Virus record (IMG/VR): IMGVR_UViG_3300036773_000096
Location: 56,180-120,179 of that record
Direction: 5' to 3' (one strand)
DNA length: 64,000 nt
Origin: a virus
Positions 1 through 12,300 of the stretch are shown here, one piece after another. A program made the translations under genes and the position numbers. The notes below the pieces were generated by a model. That model was given only the letters and a program-made list of their open reading frames with translations, had not been told where the DNA came from and ran no database searches. Within the stretch, counting starts at the first letter, position 1, and every line of letters starts with the position of its first letter.

Positions 1-5
1 AGGCC

Positions 6-227
6 GTGACCGAACACGTCAGCGACGGGCCGTCCACCGCGCTCGTGCTCCGGGACCGCGCCGCACTGGTCGCCGACACCTTCGATGACCTGTTTCCCAA
101 GCTGGGCAAGCCACATAAGCGCAACCTCACCGGCAGCGGTGGCGGAGCTGGCGCCATCGCCGGACGCAACGCCGACATCGGCACCGGCCGCCGCGTGGCC
201 CGCACCCGGCAGGCGGCGATCCGATGA
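6..227 (+). CDS. hypothetical protein
   Basis: 73-aa ORF; its TGA overlaps the ATG of the next ORF (ATGA), suggesting coupling. Confidence 0.45.
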   Translation: MTEHVSDGPSTALVLRDRAALVADTFDDLFPKLGKPHKRNLTGSGGGAGAIAGRNADIGTGRRVARTRQAAIR

Positions 228-523
228 AACCCAGCGAGGGATGCGTGTGGAACGCCGTTGACCGGGAATGGCTGCTCACGGTCGTTGATGAAGCGCCGCT
301 GGTCTTCGGCGCGGTGGCCGCGCCTCCGCATGGGGATTCGCAGCGGGCCCCGGAACGCTACGACGGTGCCTACGCGACGCACGGTCCCGATCGGTCCCGC
401 GCATCAGTGCAGCCCTACACCCGCGAGTGCATGGTCGACTTCGATTGCGGCGGTTGCGCGTGCGGGTTCGTGATGGCGCCGTGCAATCACTGCATGGAGC
501 ACTGGGCGGAGGATCAGTCGTGA
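224..523 (+). CDS. small Cys-rich (putative Zn-binding) hypothetical protein
   Basis: C-terminal DCGGCACG...PCNHC; ATGA/GTGA overlaps at both ends. Confidence 0.55.
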   Translation: MKPSEGCVWNAVDREWLLTVVDEAPLVFGAVAAPPHGDSQRAPERYDGAYATHGPDRSRASVQPYTRECMVDFDCGGCACGFVMAPCNHCMEHWAEDQS

Positions 524-711
524 ACGGACCCCGTGAGCCCTTCGAGGTGGAGACCGCGAAAATCCTGGGTGGCATCACAGCTGGCTGCCTGGGGGTCACG
601 CTGGTCGTCTACACGGTGGCCCCGTTGGTGGTGACGGCCGTCCCCGCGCTCGTCACGGCGATCTTCCTGATCTTTTTTCTCTGGTCGCTATTCCGATTCA
701 CGATCGGCTGA
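520..711 (+). CDS. small 2-TM membrane protein
   Basis: GTG at 520 overlaps the upstream TGA; two hydrophobic stretches. Confidence 0.55.
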   Translation: MNGPREPFEVETAKILGGITAGCLGVTLVVYTVAPLVVTAVPALVTAIFLIFFLWSLFRFTIG

Positions 712-717
712 CCCGCC

Positions 718-927
718 ATGATCAGTCACTCCCGCAACGTGGTCGAATCAGCCGGCGGACTAGTCCTGACCCTCGACGACACCTACGGCAAGACCTGGCA
801 GCAAATCATCACCGAACTCGACTCCCTCGCCGCCGACGGGGAACAGGTCTACGTCGAGCCCGCCGCGCTCGCCGGACTCATCCGGGCACTACTCGCCTAC
901 GGAGCGCTGCCGGCCAGCGTCGGCTGA
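718..927 (+). CDS. hypothetical protein
   Basis: 69-aa ORF continuing the + strand cluster; converges on the head operon. Confidence 0.5.
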   Translation: MISHSRNVVESAGGLVLTLDDTYGKTWQQIITELDSLAADGEQVYVEPAALAGLIRALLAYGALPASVG

Positions 928-1197
928 CCCCGCGTCGGAGGTCGAGTTGTTGTCCTCTGCCCGAGAACCCTGCCAGGCAGAGAAATGCCCCACGGCGTTG
1001 GCGTAGCACGAGATCAGGCCCACCCACAGCACGGAGTCGTGCCACCACAGCACCGTCGGGATGATCGCTAAGAACCACACCCCCGTAGCCGTGGAATGAA
1101 ACCTCCGCCACGTCTTCGGGTTAGCCCACGCATCCTTGACCCGCTCGAAGCGGGGCCGACATTCCGAGCCCGGCCCCGCTCCGAACGTTGCCATCAC
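889..1197 (-). CDS. small membrane protein at the end of the head operon
   Basis: Hydrophobic core VWFLAIIPTVLWWHDSVLWVGLISCYAN; start overlaps the stop of 1194..1670. Confidence 0.6.
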   Translation of the reverse strand: MMATFGAGPGSECRPRFERVKDAWANPKTWRRFHSTATGVWFLAIIPTVLWWHDSVLWVGLISCYANAVGHFSAWQGSRAEDNNSTSDAGSADAGRQRSVGE

Positions 1198-1670
1198 ACG
1201 TAGACGTAGCTGGCGGCCAGCGTCAAAGTCCCGCTGTCGTCGGTCACCGTGGTGGCCACGGTGGCGGCGGAATGCGCACCGGAGACACCCGTGATGGTGG
1301 TGTTGTTGACCACAGTGAAGCTGGTCAACGCCACGCCACCCAGGGCGGCACCCGACGCACCGTCGAAGTTGACGCCCTTGATGGTCACCGGGGTGCCACC
1401 AGCGGCAGCGCCCGTAGCCGGACTGATCGACAGAATCGACGCGGCCGGGTACAGCGCGACGATGTCGGCCTTGCGCACCTGCTGGCCGGCCTTGTACTTG
1501 ATCCGGCGCTCCCCGTCGAAGGTCTTGAAATTGTCCTTATACGGGGCGTAGTTGAACGATTCGTAGATGTCCTCGTTGACGATGCAATCGGTCGCGGGAA
1601 CATCGGTGGTCTTGGCCTGCAACGCCGTGAGGCTCAGCACAGTGGTGCCATCGGCGGCCAGAATAGCCAT
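1194..1670 (-). CDS. IPT/TIG (Ig-like) domain protein, probable capsid decoration/accessory virion protein
   Basis: C-terminal SISPATGAAAGGTPVTIKGVNF...FTVVNNTTITG is a classic IPT/TIG pattern; AGGAG RBS; directly downstream of the capsid gene. Confidence 0.75.
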   Translation of the reverse strand: MAILAADGTTVLSLTALQAKTTDVPATDCIVNEDIYESFNYAPYKDNFKTFDGERRIKYKAGQQVRKADIVALYPAASILSISPATGAAAGGTPVTIKGVNFDGASGAALGGVALTSFTVVNNTTITGVSGAHSAATVATTVTDDSGTLTLAASYVYV

Positions 1671-1702
1671 TCGATTACTCCTATTCTTGTGCTAGTCGCT
1701 GG

Positions 1703-3061
1703 TCAGGGAGTGATCGCGGCGGCCAGGTTGACCTTGACCATGGCAGCGGGGCGGTAGACGGCCAAACCCAGCCGCTCTTCGGCCAGGACCACGATGGCGT
1801 TACGAATGAAGAAGTCCGCGTGCTGGTCAGCGGTGCGGATGTTGGACTGCATGCGGTCAAACACCTGCGCGCCCAACCCGAAAGCGCCGATCAGAGCGGT
1901 GCCCTCAGGACACGCCGGAGTGGCGACAACAGGCATCTGCCACAACCGCTTCTCGGCACCGGAAGTGACCGACCCCGCGACCAAATAGCGGCCCTGGGTG
2001 TCCTTGGTCAATTCCATGCGCTCCCAGTCGTATGGGTGCACAACTACGCCGGTCGGGTCATACTGCGCCAACATGACGCGCGTGGCGCCCCGGCGAATAG
2101 CATCGACGTAGGTCTCGTTAGTCGGTGCGTGATAGCCGCCGGAAGGGAACAATTGGATACCCGGCGTGTTGAAAATGCCCAGCAGGTTCTGGCCCGTGCC
2201 GTCACCTAGAAGCAGCTGCTGGTCTTCGACCAACCGCAGGCCATAAAGCAGCCGGGTGTCGATGATTCCGCGCAACTGCGGCTCGTCATCAAGAACGTTG
2301 CGCGACGCGGGCACCCAGTGGGCGAGAGTCCGGATCGGCGTGGTCTTGATGTTGAAGTGGATCTGCGACTTCGGCTTCAGGCCGAAGTTGTCGTTGGGCG
2401 GAGAGACCCCGTCACGCTCGGGAATCATCGCCGCCGCGTTGTCGCCCGCGTCGACGAACCCCAGCTCCTCAATGAACTCGATCATCACCGAGTTGGTGTT
2501 CATCTGCGGGAACAGGTCACGCACCCGCCAGGTGAGCATCGGAGCTGACACCATCGGCGCCCGCTGCACCGTGCCGAAACCAGGGTGGACAACAGTGCCG
2601 ATGCTGCCGGAATGAACATCCTTGTACTGCACGCCGTTGGGGGAGGTAATCTCCTCGCCCTCGATGGCGAACGCCTTGTCCATGAAACCGGAGTCACGGT
2701 GGCCCTTGAAAGCCTCCGACTCGACGAAACGCTGCCCCAGTGACTTATACTCGGGCATCGCCGTCACGCCGATACCGGCCGGGGATCCACCCATCGCCAC
2801 GGGCGTGCCGGCGGGGGCGTCGAGCCACTCGTCCAGGAGGCCCTTGCGCTCCAGGGCGGTGACGATGCCGTGAGTCTCCTCAGCCTTGGCCAGCAGGGCC
2901 TTGAACTCGGTGAGGGCTTCGGGCTTGACGTGCATGTTGCCTTCGCCGTCGAGCCAACCTGACTTGGTGATCTCGTCCATTTGTGCGTTGATGGACTTCA
3001 CTTCGACCTTGCCACGATCAATGAGGTCTTTGTCGTGGCGGTCGAGAGTAGGTGCGGTCAC
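1703..3061 (-). CDS. major capsid protein, HK97 fold
   Basis: 452 aa; N-terminal delta-domain-like helical region; HK97-family motifs IRTLAHWVPASRNVLDD, LLGDGTGQNLLGI, FIRNAIVVLAEERLGLAVYRPAA; AAGGGAG RBS. Confidence 0.95.
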   Translation of the reverse strand: MTAPTLDRHDKDLIDRGKVEVKSINAQMDEITKSGWLDGEGNMHVKPEALTEFKALLAKAEETHGIVTALERKGLLDEWLDAPAGTPVAMGGSPAGIGVTAMPEYKSLGQRFVESEAFKGHRDSGFMDKAFAIEGEEITSPNGVQYKDVHSGSIGTVVHPGFGTVQRAPMVSAPMLTWRVRDLFPQMNTNSVMIEFIEELGFVDAGDNAAAMIPERDGVSPPNDNFGLKPKSQIHFNIKTTPIRTLAHWVPASRNVLDDEPQLRGIIDTRLLYGLRLVEDQQLLLGDGTGQNLLGIFNTPGIQLFPSGGYHAPTNETYVDAIRRGATRVMLAQYDPTGVVVHPYDWERMELTKDTQGRYLVAGSVTSGAEKRLWQMPVVATPACPEGTALIGAFGLGAQVFDRMQSNIRTADQHADFFIRNAIVVLAEERLGLAVYRPAAMVKVNLAAAITP

Positions 3062-3267
3062 TGCCGCGTCTCCCTTGCGCTCGGTGTGTGTTCGAGCACG
3101 GGAAGCGGGTAGGCCGAAGCGAACCCCCAGCGTGCTCGGGGACTCGCACCGGTCAGTACCAGGCGCGTTGCGCGCAGTAGATCACTGGTGACGCAAATGG
3201 CGGCAGCGACACGCCGCCGGGTCAGCTACAGTGGAAGTCCCCCCGCTGGGGTAAGTAGCCCCAGCCC

Positions 3268-3298
3268 GACGGCCCCGATCCCCCCCGACGGGGCCGTC
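3268..3298 (-). terminator. stem-loop just downstream of the giant ORF
   Basis: GACGGCCCCG (3268-3277) and CGGGGCCGTC (3289-3298) form a 10-bp stem 9 nt after the TAG; no clear U-tract. Confidence 0.5.
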
Positions 3299-3306
3299 TC
3301 TAATTC

Positions 3307-6300
3307 CTAGCCCACCGTGGCGGTCGCCCGGCCCTGCAATGCACCCGTGCCGCACGACGGGCACGGCGCCGTGCCGACCATCCCGTAGGCGGGGATCATG
3401 ATGTCGTTGCCGCACTCCGGGCACGGGGCAACCTTTACGAGCATCCCGGATGCGTCCATGACGTAGCGGTAGCCCTCGATGACGGTGTCCTCGTAGGACT
3501 CCACATCTTCCGGCCCGTCGGTGTCGGGGCCGTCAGCGTCGGTGTCCGACGGTTTGGGGCCCTGCTGCGCGCGCAGCTTGAACTCGACACCCAGCCGAGC
3601 GGCGCGCAGCATCGTCAATTCATCGACCAGCGACCCGGCCGTCTTCTCCTCGACCACGAGGTGACGCTTCCACACCGCGTCGATTTTCGCCCGCTCCGCG
3701 TCCGCCTCGGCCTGTCGCGCGGCCTCTTTCGCCTTGCGGATCCGCTCGCGCTCCTCATAGGGCTTGGAGTAGTCCGGGGCCTCGTAGCCGCCGCTGTAGC
3801 CGGGCTGAATGCGACGGTTGATCGCCCAGTGCCCCTCGGCCCACGGGAAGTCCAGCGCCGCGAGGTCGTCGAGCAGGGCGTGAACGTTGTCGATGGCCCC
3901 GCGCGCATCATCGGGTCGGGGGATCAGCTCCCCGTCCGACGTCATGAACACTTCCAACTTGTTCCCGCTGCCCAGGGCGGCCAGAGTGCCATCCGGGGAC
4001 GCGGCGGCATCCGGGGACGCGGCGGGGATGGAGAACCGCTTCAGGCGGTCCTTTTCCGGCCCGGCGCTGCCCCGGCCCATGAGGGCGACCTTCGCGCTTG
4101 CCTTCGTCCGTGCCGTGGCTAGACCCTTAGTCGCCTCATCCTGCTGCGGGCCGGCGTCGCCTTTCATGCCGGCGGCCTCCATGGCGGCCTGCAACCGTGC
4201 TGACTCGGCCGTGGCTTCCTTCAGCGCGGCGGCGTGAGCGAACGGCACCCCGATGCGGGCCTTCATCGTCGCGGCTTCGCTGCGCAGCGACGCGGCCCGG
4301 TCAACCTGAAGGTCGCGGCGGAACTCCAGGTTGTTCAGCGAGTTCGCCAGGGTGGTGTTGATGCCCGCGCCGAGCTTCTCGACGTCGCTGGGGCTGATGT
4401 GCACGATGTTGCCGGGCAGGCCCTCCCAGGACAGTGTCATCCCAAAGCGCTTCGTGCCGAGCTTGTCGTAGTGGACCTCCGGCTGACCCAGCAGCACGTG
4501 ACCGCCGATGGTGCCCAGCGGCTTGGGCTTCGACCCGGCGTAGCCGTAGCGGCGTTCCCGGATCTGATCCTGCATCGCCGACTTCAGCAGGGTCGCCCCG
4601 TCGGCGCGGGTCCGGGCGGTGATGCCGGCGACGTTGATGGAGTACTTGTCACCGCTGATGTCGGTGCGCTTGGCGATCGCCGCGTTGTAGGCGGCGGCGT
4701 CGGCGTCGGCCTGCTCCGCGTTGGCCCCGTAGGAGACCACGTCGCGCCGTAGGTTGGTTTGGGTACGGGCGTGCTGGCGCTCCAGGCGGGTGAGCTTGCC
4801 GACCGTGACGTCGACTTTCGCCTTGTCCATGAGTAGCGGGTTGCCGGTGGCCAGGGCCTTGACTTCGGCGTAGGACAGGGCGGTGTCGCCGACGTCTTCG
4901 ATCTCTCGGACGTCGCCCATCTTGCCGCGCATGATCTGGTCGATGAACTTCTTTTTGCGCTCCAGGGTCTGCCACATATAGGCGTCGAAGCTGCCCTCGG
5001 TGACGTAGCGGAAGATCGCGACCTCTTTGTTGGTGTTGCCCTGGCGCATGATTCGGCCGTCGCGCTGCTCCACATCGCTGGGGCGCCACGGGGCGTCGAG
5101 GTGGTGCAGCGCGACCGCGCGGCGCTGCACGTTGGTGCCGACACCCATTTTTTCCGTCGACCCCACCAGCACGGAGACCTGACCGTTGCGGGCGGCGGCG
5201 AACAGCTCCGCTTTCTCCCGGTCGTTTTTGGCCTCGTGCATGAACCGGATCGACTTCGGGTCCATGCCACGGGCGGCCAGCTCGTCACGCAGCTTCTGGT
5301 AGGCGTTCATGCCGGCACCGCCGGGTGTGCCCATGTCGCAGAACACGATCTGCATGCCGCCCGGCGGCGGGTCGTCGCCACCAGCGGGGTCGTTGATGTC
5401 TTTCGGGACGGGCCGGTCTTTGTTCGCATCCCAGATCTTGTAGATGTTGTCGGCCGCCTCTTCGATCTTGCCCGGCTGGTGCTTCTCTCCCACCAGCGCC
5501 ATGCTCAGGGCGGCCTTGCGACCATCACCGGAGATCTTGAGCATGTTGTCGTCTTCGGGCTTGACCTTGCCGTTGCGGACATCCTCGGCGCGCTGGCCCA
5601 ACTCCTGGACGTAAGCCGACAACTCCGGCGACGCCGGCACGATGACGTTCTGCACCCCACCTGTGGCCAGGTCCGGGGTCTTCAGGTTCAGGTCATCGGC
5701 CATCTTCACATCAGCGAACAGGTGGAACAATCGCAGCAACTCAGGAACGTTGCGGAACTTCGCGAAGCGCGTGGTCTGGCGGAACCCCGTACCCTCAGGC
5801 TTGAGTTCCATCTCATCAACGGTCTTGCCGAACGTCGCCGCCCACTGGTCGAATGAGTGAATACCGGCCTCGCGCAACGTCTCAGGGTCGAGGAACCGTT
5901 GCATGATGTATGCCTGGGTGACCGTGTTGCGGATCGGGGTGCCCGTGGCGAACGTTCCCACCCGGCCCGACTTATTGTTCGCCCGCAGGTGCTCCATTTT
6001 CATGTGCAGGTCCGACGCCATGTCCGATCCGGTCGCCCCCGCGCCCTGGATGTTGGAGATGGTGCGCAGGTTGGAGTACATATGCGCCTCGTCGACACAC
6101 AGGTAGTCGATGCCGGTCTCCTCCCAGCTCACCCCGGCATCCTTAACCTTGTCCAGCTTCGCCTTCAGGGCCTCCTCAGCCTTGATCAGCGAGTTCTCCA
6201 TTTTCTTAACGGTCTTCTCTTTAGCGGAGTCCCCCGCCGCCGACGCCTGCGCAGACGCGAGCTGCGCTTTCATCGTCGCCATTTCCCGGTCAATGTAAGC

Positions 6301-9300
6301 CTGCATCGCCGGGCGAGACATCGGGATGGCTTCCATGGCCTTTTGAGTGAGGATAATGGCATCCCACTCACCCGTGGCCGCACGCGCGACGAACTCCCGG
6401 CGCTTATCCCCAGCCAGATCATCGGTACCGGCGGCCAGGACCTTAGCGTTGGGGTAGATCTGGAGGTATTCGCGGGAGAACTGCTCCAGCATGTGATTGG
6501 GAATGACAATGGCGGGCTTGTTCGCCAGGCCCAGTCGCTTCAGCTCAGCGGTGCCCATCGCCATCTCAGCGGTCTTGCCGGCGCCGACGACGTGAGCGAG
6601 CAACGCGCACGGCTCGGACACCATGCGGTTGACCGCCCCCACCTGATGATCGAAGGGGTCGAAGCTGTCGGCCATGCCGGGGAACACCCGTGGCATGTCG
6701 TCATAGGAGCGCAACCGGATCGCGTTGAACTGGTTGTTGTAGGCGGCCAGCAGGCGCCGGGTGCGATCGGAGTCCTCCCACAGCCACTCGGAGAACCGAT
6801 CCGACAACTCCTCGGCCTTGGCCTGGGCGGCAGTGGTCGCCTCCAGGTTCGGGTAGGACTTCGACTTGCCGTCGGCGTCTTTGATGGTGTCGCGGACCTG
6901 GATGGACCGCTGCTCCAGCAGGGACTGAATGATCTCCCCGGCGGAGAGCCGGTCAGTGCCCCACTCCTCAGTGGCCTTAGTGCCCCACTGGCCGCCTTCC
7001 ACGGTCCAAATGCCGCCACCTGACGTAGAGACCTTGATGGAGTGGTACGGGTCATCGCCGTCGGAAAGCAGCTCCACCATGAACGCGCGGACGTCGTCAG
7101 CGGGGATCCACGCGGCCCCCAGGCGCCCGTCGACCTCGTCGACACCCAGGTCCGGGGGGATCACCGCTTCCAGCGCGGTGACGTTCTTAGCGAAGCGGTC
7201 ATCACGCTTGGCGGCCTCACGGGCGGCGGCGAGCTTGCGGCGCACGTTGCCGGACAGGTACGCGGCGGCCGGCTCCAGGGAACCTTCGGAGCGAACCGCC
7301 TCACCGACGGAGTCCAGCGCGGAAGTGTCCGGGGCGTCGTCGAGGTTCAGCCCCGCTGAGATCCCGCCGAAACGCCCGCCGTCGCTGGCGATCCCGGATG
7401 CCTCTTCGATGTGGGCGCGGAACGCGGCGTCGGCGTCGGCCGCTGACAGTGGTGGCTGCTCGAAAACCAGATCACCCAGGCGCTCGCGTGCGCCGGCCTC
7501 ATCGGTGTCCAGCATGGTGGCGATCGCGGGGAGGTTCACCCGGCCGTAGGTGTCCATGGACAGCGCGACGGCGTCCTCGGGACTGTCAGCGTGGGTGGGG
7601 ATCTCCCGTGGGGTGCTGGCCCGTTTGCGGAAGATGCTGGTCTTGGATTCGGTGCCGGTCTCGGCGTCGTAGGCGCCCAGGGCGCGCACGATCGCCGACA
7701 TGGGGTCTTTGCGGAACAGGTTGCGCGCCGGGTCGGGCTTGCGCGCCCCCGATTTGGTCAGCGTGTAGTGGTTGACCGGCCCGTACTTTTTGGTGAACGC
7801 GTCGTAGCGGTCATTGAGCTGCTTGCGTAGTGCTTTGATGTCCGGGGAGTCCGACACCGACGCCGCTTCAGCGGCCAGCAGAGACCGCAGGGTGTCACGG
7901 AGGCCGATCAGCCCACGCACCGCCTCAGCGTGCTTGGCGGGCACGTCCAGTGCCACGGCGGTGCCCTGTTCGGCCTGGGTGAACGTGCCGTCTTCGTGGG
8001 CGGCGATGTGGCCTTCGTGGCGGTCATCATCCGGGGTGGTGAACGCCGTGAGGCCTTCCATGCGGGGTGACGCGGTGATCCCGTCGGCTTTCGCCGCTGC
8101 CACGATCCGGTCCAGCGCGGCCGGCAGGTCGGCCATCGTCTTGTCACCCTTGACGATCAGTGACCCGGTGCCGTACTGGCCCTTCTCTGCGGTGACCTCA
8201 CCCAACATTTGCTCGGGATGGGCAGTGAAGTAGTCGTTGATGGTGATCGTGTGGCCGTTGATGTCCTGATCGTGAGAGTTCACCCAGTCCTGCGACGTCA
8301 AAGGCGCCGCGTCGGGCTCCCGGCGTCGGAAGATCAGGGCGTCTTCGATGACGTCGGTGCCGGAGATCCGGGAGTGCCCCCCGGTGGGTAGGCGCACGGC
8401 GCCGACCAGGTCACCCAGCTCGGCCAGCTTCTTACGCGCGGCGGAGTCTTTCGAGTCCAGGGTGTAGCGCGACGTGAGCAGCGTGACCAGCCCGCCGGGC
8501 TTGGTCTGAGCCAGGGCCTTGGCGATGAAGTGGTTGTGGATCGACATTTTGCGGCCGGGGTTGTGCACCCGGTCGGTCAGGGCGAAGTCACCGAAGGGGA
8601 CGTTGCCGATCGCAGCGTCGAACGAGCCGGCCGGTAGCCGGGTGGCCGCGTAGGACTCGTTTCTTATCGTCGCGTGCGGGTAGAGGGCACGAGAGATCGC
8701 AGCTGTCGTCGAGTCCAACTCGACTCCGACCATGTCGGCGTGCTCGGGTGCGAATCCGATGAACGTTCCGGATCCGGAGCCGGGTTCGAGGACGCGACCA
8801 CCGTCGAACCCCAGATCTCCCATTGCCTTCCACAGCGATTGCACCACGCGGGGGTCGGTGTAGTGGGCGTTGAGGGTATTGCGGCGAGCCTCTGCCCATT
8901 CAGAGTCCGACAGCAGTCCACGCAGCTCCTCTCGTTGTTTCGCGTACTCGGGTTTGTTGTCGTCGAAGACTTCCGGCAGGCCACCCCAGCCGGCCCAACG
9001 CGCGAGCGTGGCCTGCTCTTCGGGGGTGGCGGCGCGGCGTTCGTCTTGCAACTGGCGCAGGGTGCGCAGCGCCGCGAGGTTCGCTTCGAGCTTCGACTTC
9101 TTACCGGCCGGGGCGAAGTCGTCCAGGCCGGTGGGGTGAAAGGACTCCCCGGTGTCGGGGATCGCATCGACCTGCCCGACGTCGGCGCTGGGCTGATCAG
9201 TTTCGGTTACGTCAGGTGCGCTGGGCGCTCCGGCAGTGTCGGCATCGCCGCCTTCGCGCTGTCCCGGTGCTGCTGCCTCAGTTCCTCCTGGGCTGCCTGG

Positions 9301-12300
9301 AAGTCCGCCAGTGCTTGAGTCAGCGCCTGATCCGTCGGATCCTCCGTCGGCACCATCGACGGGTCCGGTGTCGCCGGCAGTGGCAGCGCGTTGTCCGGGG
9401 CGTTCGGGGGCGGCGGGCTCATCAGGAACTCCCGCATCACCTTCTCCGTCGCCGCTTGCTGCGCGGCGTTCAGGCGCCCCAGCTTCTCTGGGTAGCTCTC
9501 CCCCTCCGGATCCGGCCCCGCCAGTTGGTCGGCTGTCTGCTGTATCTGCTGGCGCGCTTGCTCGGCCAGGTCGTCGAAGAACGTCTGCTTGTCCTTGATC
9601 CCCGCGTACGCCTGCGGCTGGTACGTCCGGTACCACGCTTCGGCTTGCCTCGCCAGAACTCCCACGATCATCACCCTCTCTCTGGGGCGATTGTGCACCC
9701 TTGGCGCGGTCGCGTTGTCCCGTGACGATTCCCCGCGCTTTATCCCACAGGCGCTGGCGCTCCGGATTCAGCTCTTGAGCCTGATCGAGGTGAGCGAATG
9801 CGCCCTCGAAATCGCCACCATCGGCGGCGGCGCGAGCTTCCCGCATGTGCTCCTGAGCGCGGGTAACGCGGTTGCCGTCGGCGGCTAGTCGGGCGTCGCG
9901 CTCATCGCGGCGAACCTGCTGCGAGTGCGGCGCGGGTTCAGTGGACGGCGCGGCGGTGCTCGGAACCGGACCCTTGCGGGGTGCGTCCACCGCGCCGCGC
10001 TTGCCATCCTCCGGCGCGCCCTTGCGGCGGCGCAACTCCGCGTCCACTGACCCGATCAGCGACTTGATGCGGTCGCGGTCCAGGCGCTTCGCGAGCCGAC
10101 GGGCTTTCGCGCCCTCGTTGCGCTTCACTCGGCGCTGCTCACGCAACGCCCCGGCTGCGGTAAACAGCATGCCGGCCTTGAGCTTCCCGGACGCGATGGC
10201 GGTATGGATGTCCCCGTCGCCGATGGCGGTGCGGATGTCGTCGAAGGCCGTGGAGTCCCCGTGGCGGCGCAGCATCTTCGCGAAGCGTTCAGCGGCGGCA
10301 GCGACCGCAGCGTCATCACGCGGAGTCGCGTTCAGAGCATCGCCCAGATCCTCAGCGGCACCCGCGACACCGGGACGGACCTTCGGGCCGGTATCTTCCG
10401 GGCCGGCCGGGGCGTCCGTCGCCGACACGGAAGACGCCCCGGCTTCCGCCTTCCGGGTCGCTGCCTCCCGCTTGCGTTCGGTGTCGCGACGGTGCAGTTC
10501 GTCCTGAAGCGCGAGTTCGTCAGTGAGGTCTTTGCGGGTTTCGGTCAGCTGCGGGTCGGTCTGGTCAGCCAGACCAGCCTCACCGGTCTCCAGCAGTGCC
10601 GCCACCCGCTCCTGGCGGTCGGCGACCTCCTGAGTGACCTCCTCCTGCCCGTCGGGGCCGTCCGACAGACCCAGGGCCTCGCCCCGGATGCGGTGGGCGG
10701 AGTCGGCGACCTCCGGCGGCACGGGCACGGTGCCGTCCGGGGTGCCGGCGGGCACTTCCCCGCCAGTGGACTCCGGTGCCTTCGGGTGCTCACCCAGCGG
10801 CAGCGTGGCGAAATCGTGGCGACCGATGCCGGCGGCGTCGCGGCGCTCGTAGTCGTCGGCGCGGTCTCGCATCCGCTTGGCTTCACCGTCAGACGCGCCA
10901 CCGCCCGTCTTGTCGGCGCGCTTGCGCAGTTCGTCGGGAGTGATGCGGCGCCGGATCTCCTCCGTGCGGACACTGTCGGCCATGTTGGCGCCGTGCCCAC
11001 CACGTCGGGTGGCTTCCCGCTTGACCGACGCAAGCTCAGTGTCGTCGAGCTGGCGCAGCGCGGCGTCCCGGTAGGCGGGGTGACTGCGCTTCTGGATTGC
11101 CGAGTAGTCGATCTGGCCCGGCGCGGGGCGCAGTGGGTCCGGCTTGACCTTCGGCCCTCCGGTGTCCTCCGGTGCGGTCGCCGGAGGCTGGTCACCGGGG
11201 GTGTCGGGGTTCTCGTCGGCGTGCAGCGCGCCCCGGACGTGGCGGGTGTACTCGGCCAGGTTCTCGTGCAGCAACTGGCGCTGCGGGGAACCCGCGCGGG
11301 GCTTGCCACCCACCTGGACCTTCGAGTTGTCGGCCTTCAGCGCCGCGACGATGCGCTGAAGGCCGTCCAGGGTGGCGTGCAAGGTAGCCGAGTCAGGTGC
11401 CTCGGCCATCTGGTTCTTAACCCGGATCAGTTCAGCGGCCAGCTTCTCCGGCGTTTTCGCCGACGGGGAGTCCAAACTGCCACGGGCGATGGTCGCCGCG
11501 TGGGCGAGCGCCGGGTCGCTCTGGTCGCGGGCGAGCGTCGCCAGCGCGGCGGACAGATGCGGGGCACTGACATGCCCAGACAGTTGGGCGAGCAAAGCGG
11601 AATCATCGGGGGCGGCCGGAGTGACCAGTGGGTGCGCGTCGACTTCGGGGGCCGGTGTCGATTCGGCGACGGTCGCGGCGGCGCGGCGGCGCGACTCGTC
11701 ACCGAAGCGGGTAGCGGCGAGCTTCGAGTCGGAGTACTCCAGGGAGTTCTTAGGCAGGTTGTTGCGCCGCGCCGTCATGTGCCGCTCGTGCGCGGCGGCG
11801 GACTCCGCCGCGAGCTGCGCGTCGGTCAGCTTCTCGGGGGCGTTGTGGTTCCCGGTGGGCTTGTATTCGTGCTCGGGCGCGGCCTGGGGCTTGTTCGGGT
11901 CGACAGCCGGGGTACCGGCGGACACCAGTGGCAGGGCAGAGCGGTTCTTAACCCCGCGTGTTTGGGTGCCGCCACCCGTGCCGTCGTCGTAGGTGATCAG
12001 TGTTTGCCCGGTGCGGCCCGGCTTGGCCTGGGTGACTTTGCCGCCATCGTGGCGCGACAGCATGACGTGGTCACCCGCGCGGACCTCACTGGCTTTCACC
12101 GTGGGGTAGCTGCCGGGCTTGATGCCGTAGGTGTTGACCAGCACCGGGGTGCCGTACTTGCGGTCATCAGCAGGCGCGGCCGGCGCTTCCGGAGTGGCTG
12201 GCGGCGTCTTTGGCAGGTCGTAACCGCCGGGGATGGTGTTCGCACCGGCCGTCACGGTGGTGGTGCCGTCGGCGTGGGCGGTGCCTACCGGATTCGGCTT

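Noticed and set aside
3093-3138. CGAGCACG/CGTGCTCG inverted repeat in the capsid leader as a regulatory RNA
   Set aside because: Only 8 bp in GC-rich DNA and no further support
3991-4026. 18-bp tandem repeat (AASPD twice) near the giant ORF C-terminus
   Set aside because: Simple in-frame slippage in a low-complexity linker
4950-9100. Intein or intron explaining the size of the giant ORF
   Set aside because: No intein splice-junction signature or LAGLIDADG block noticed; MTase and helicase motifs occur in normal order and spacing
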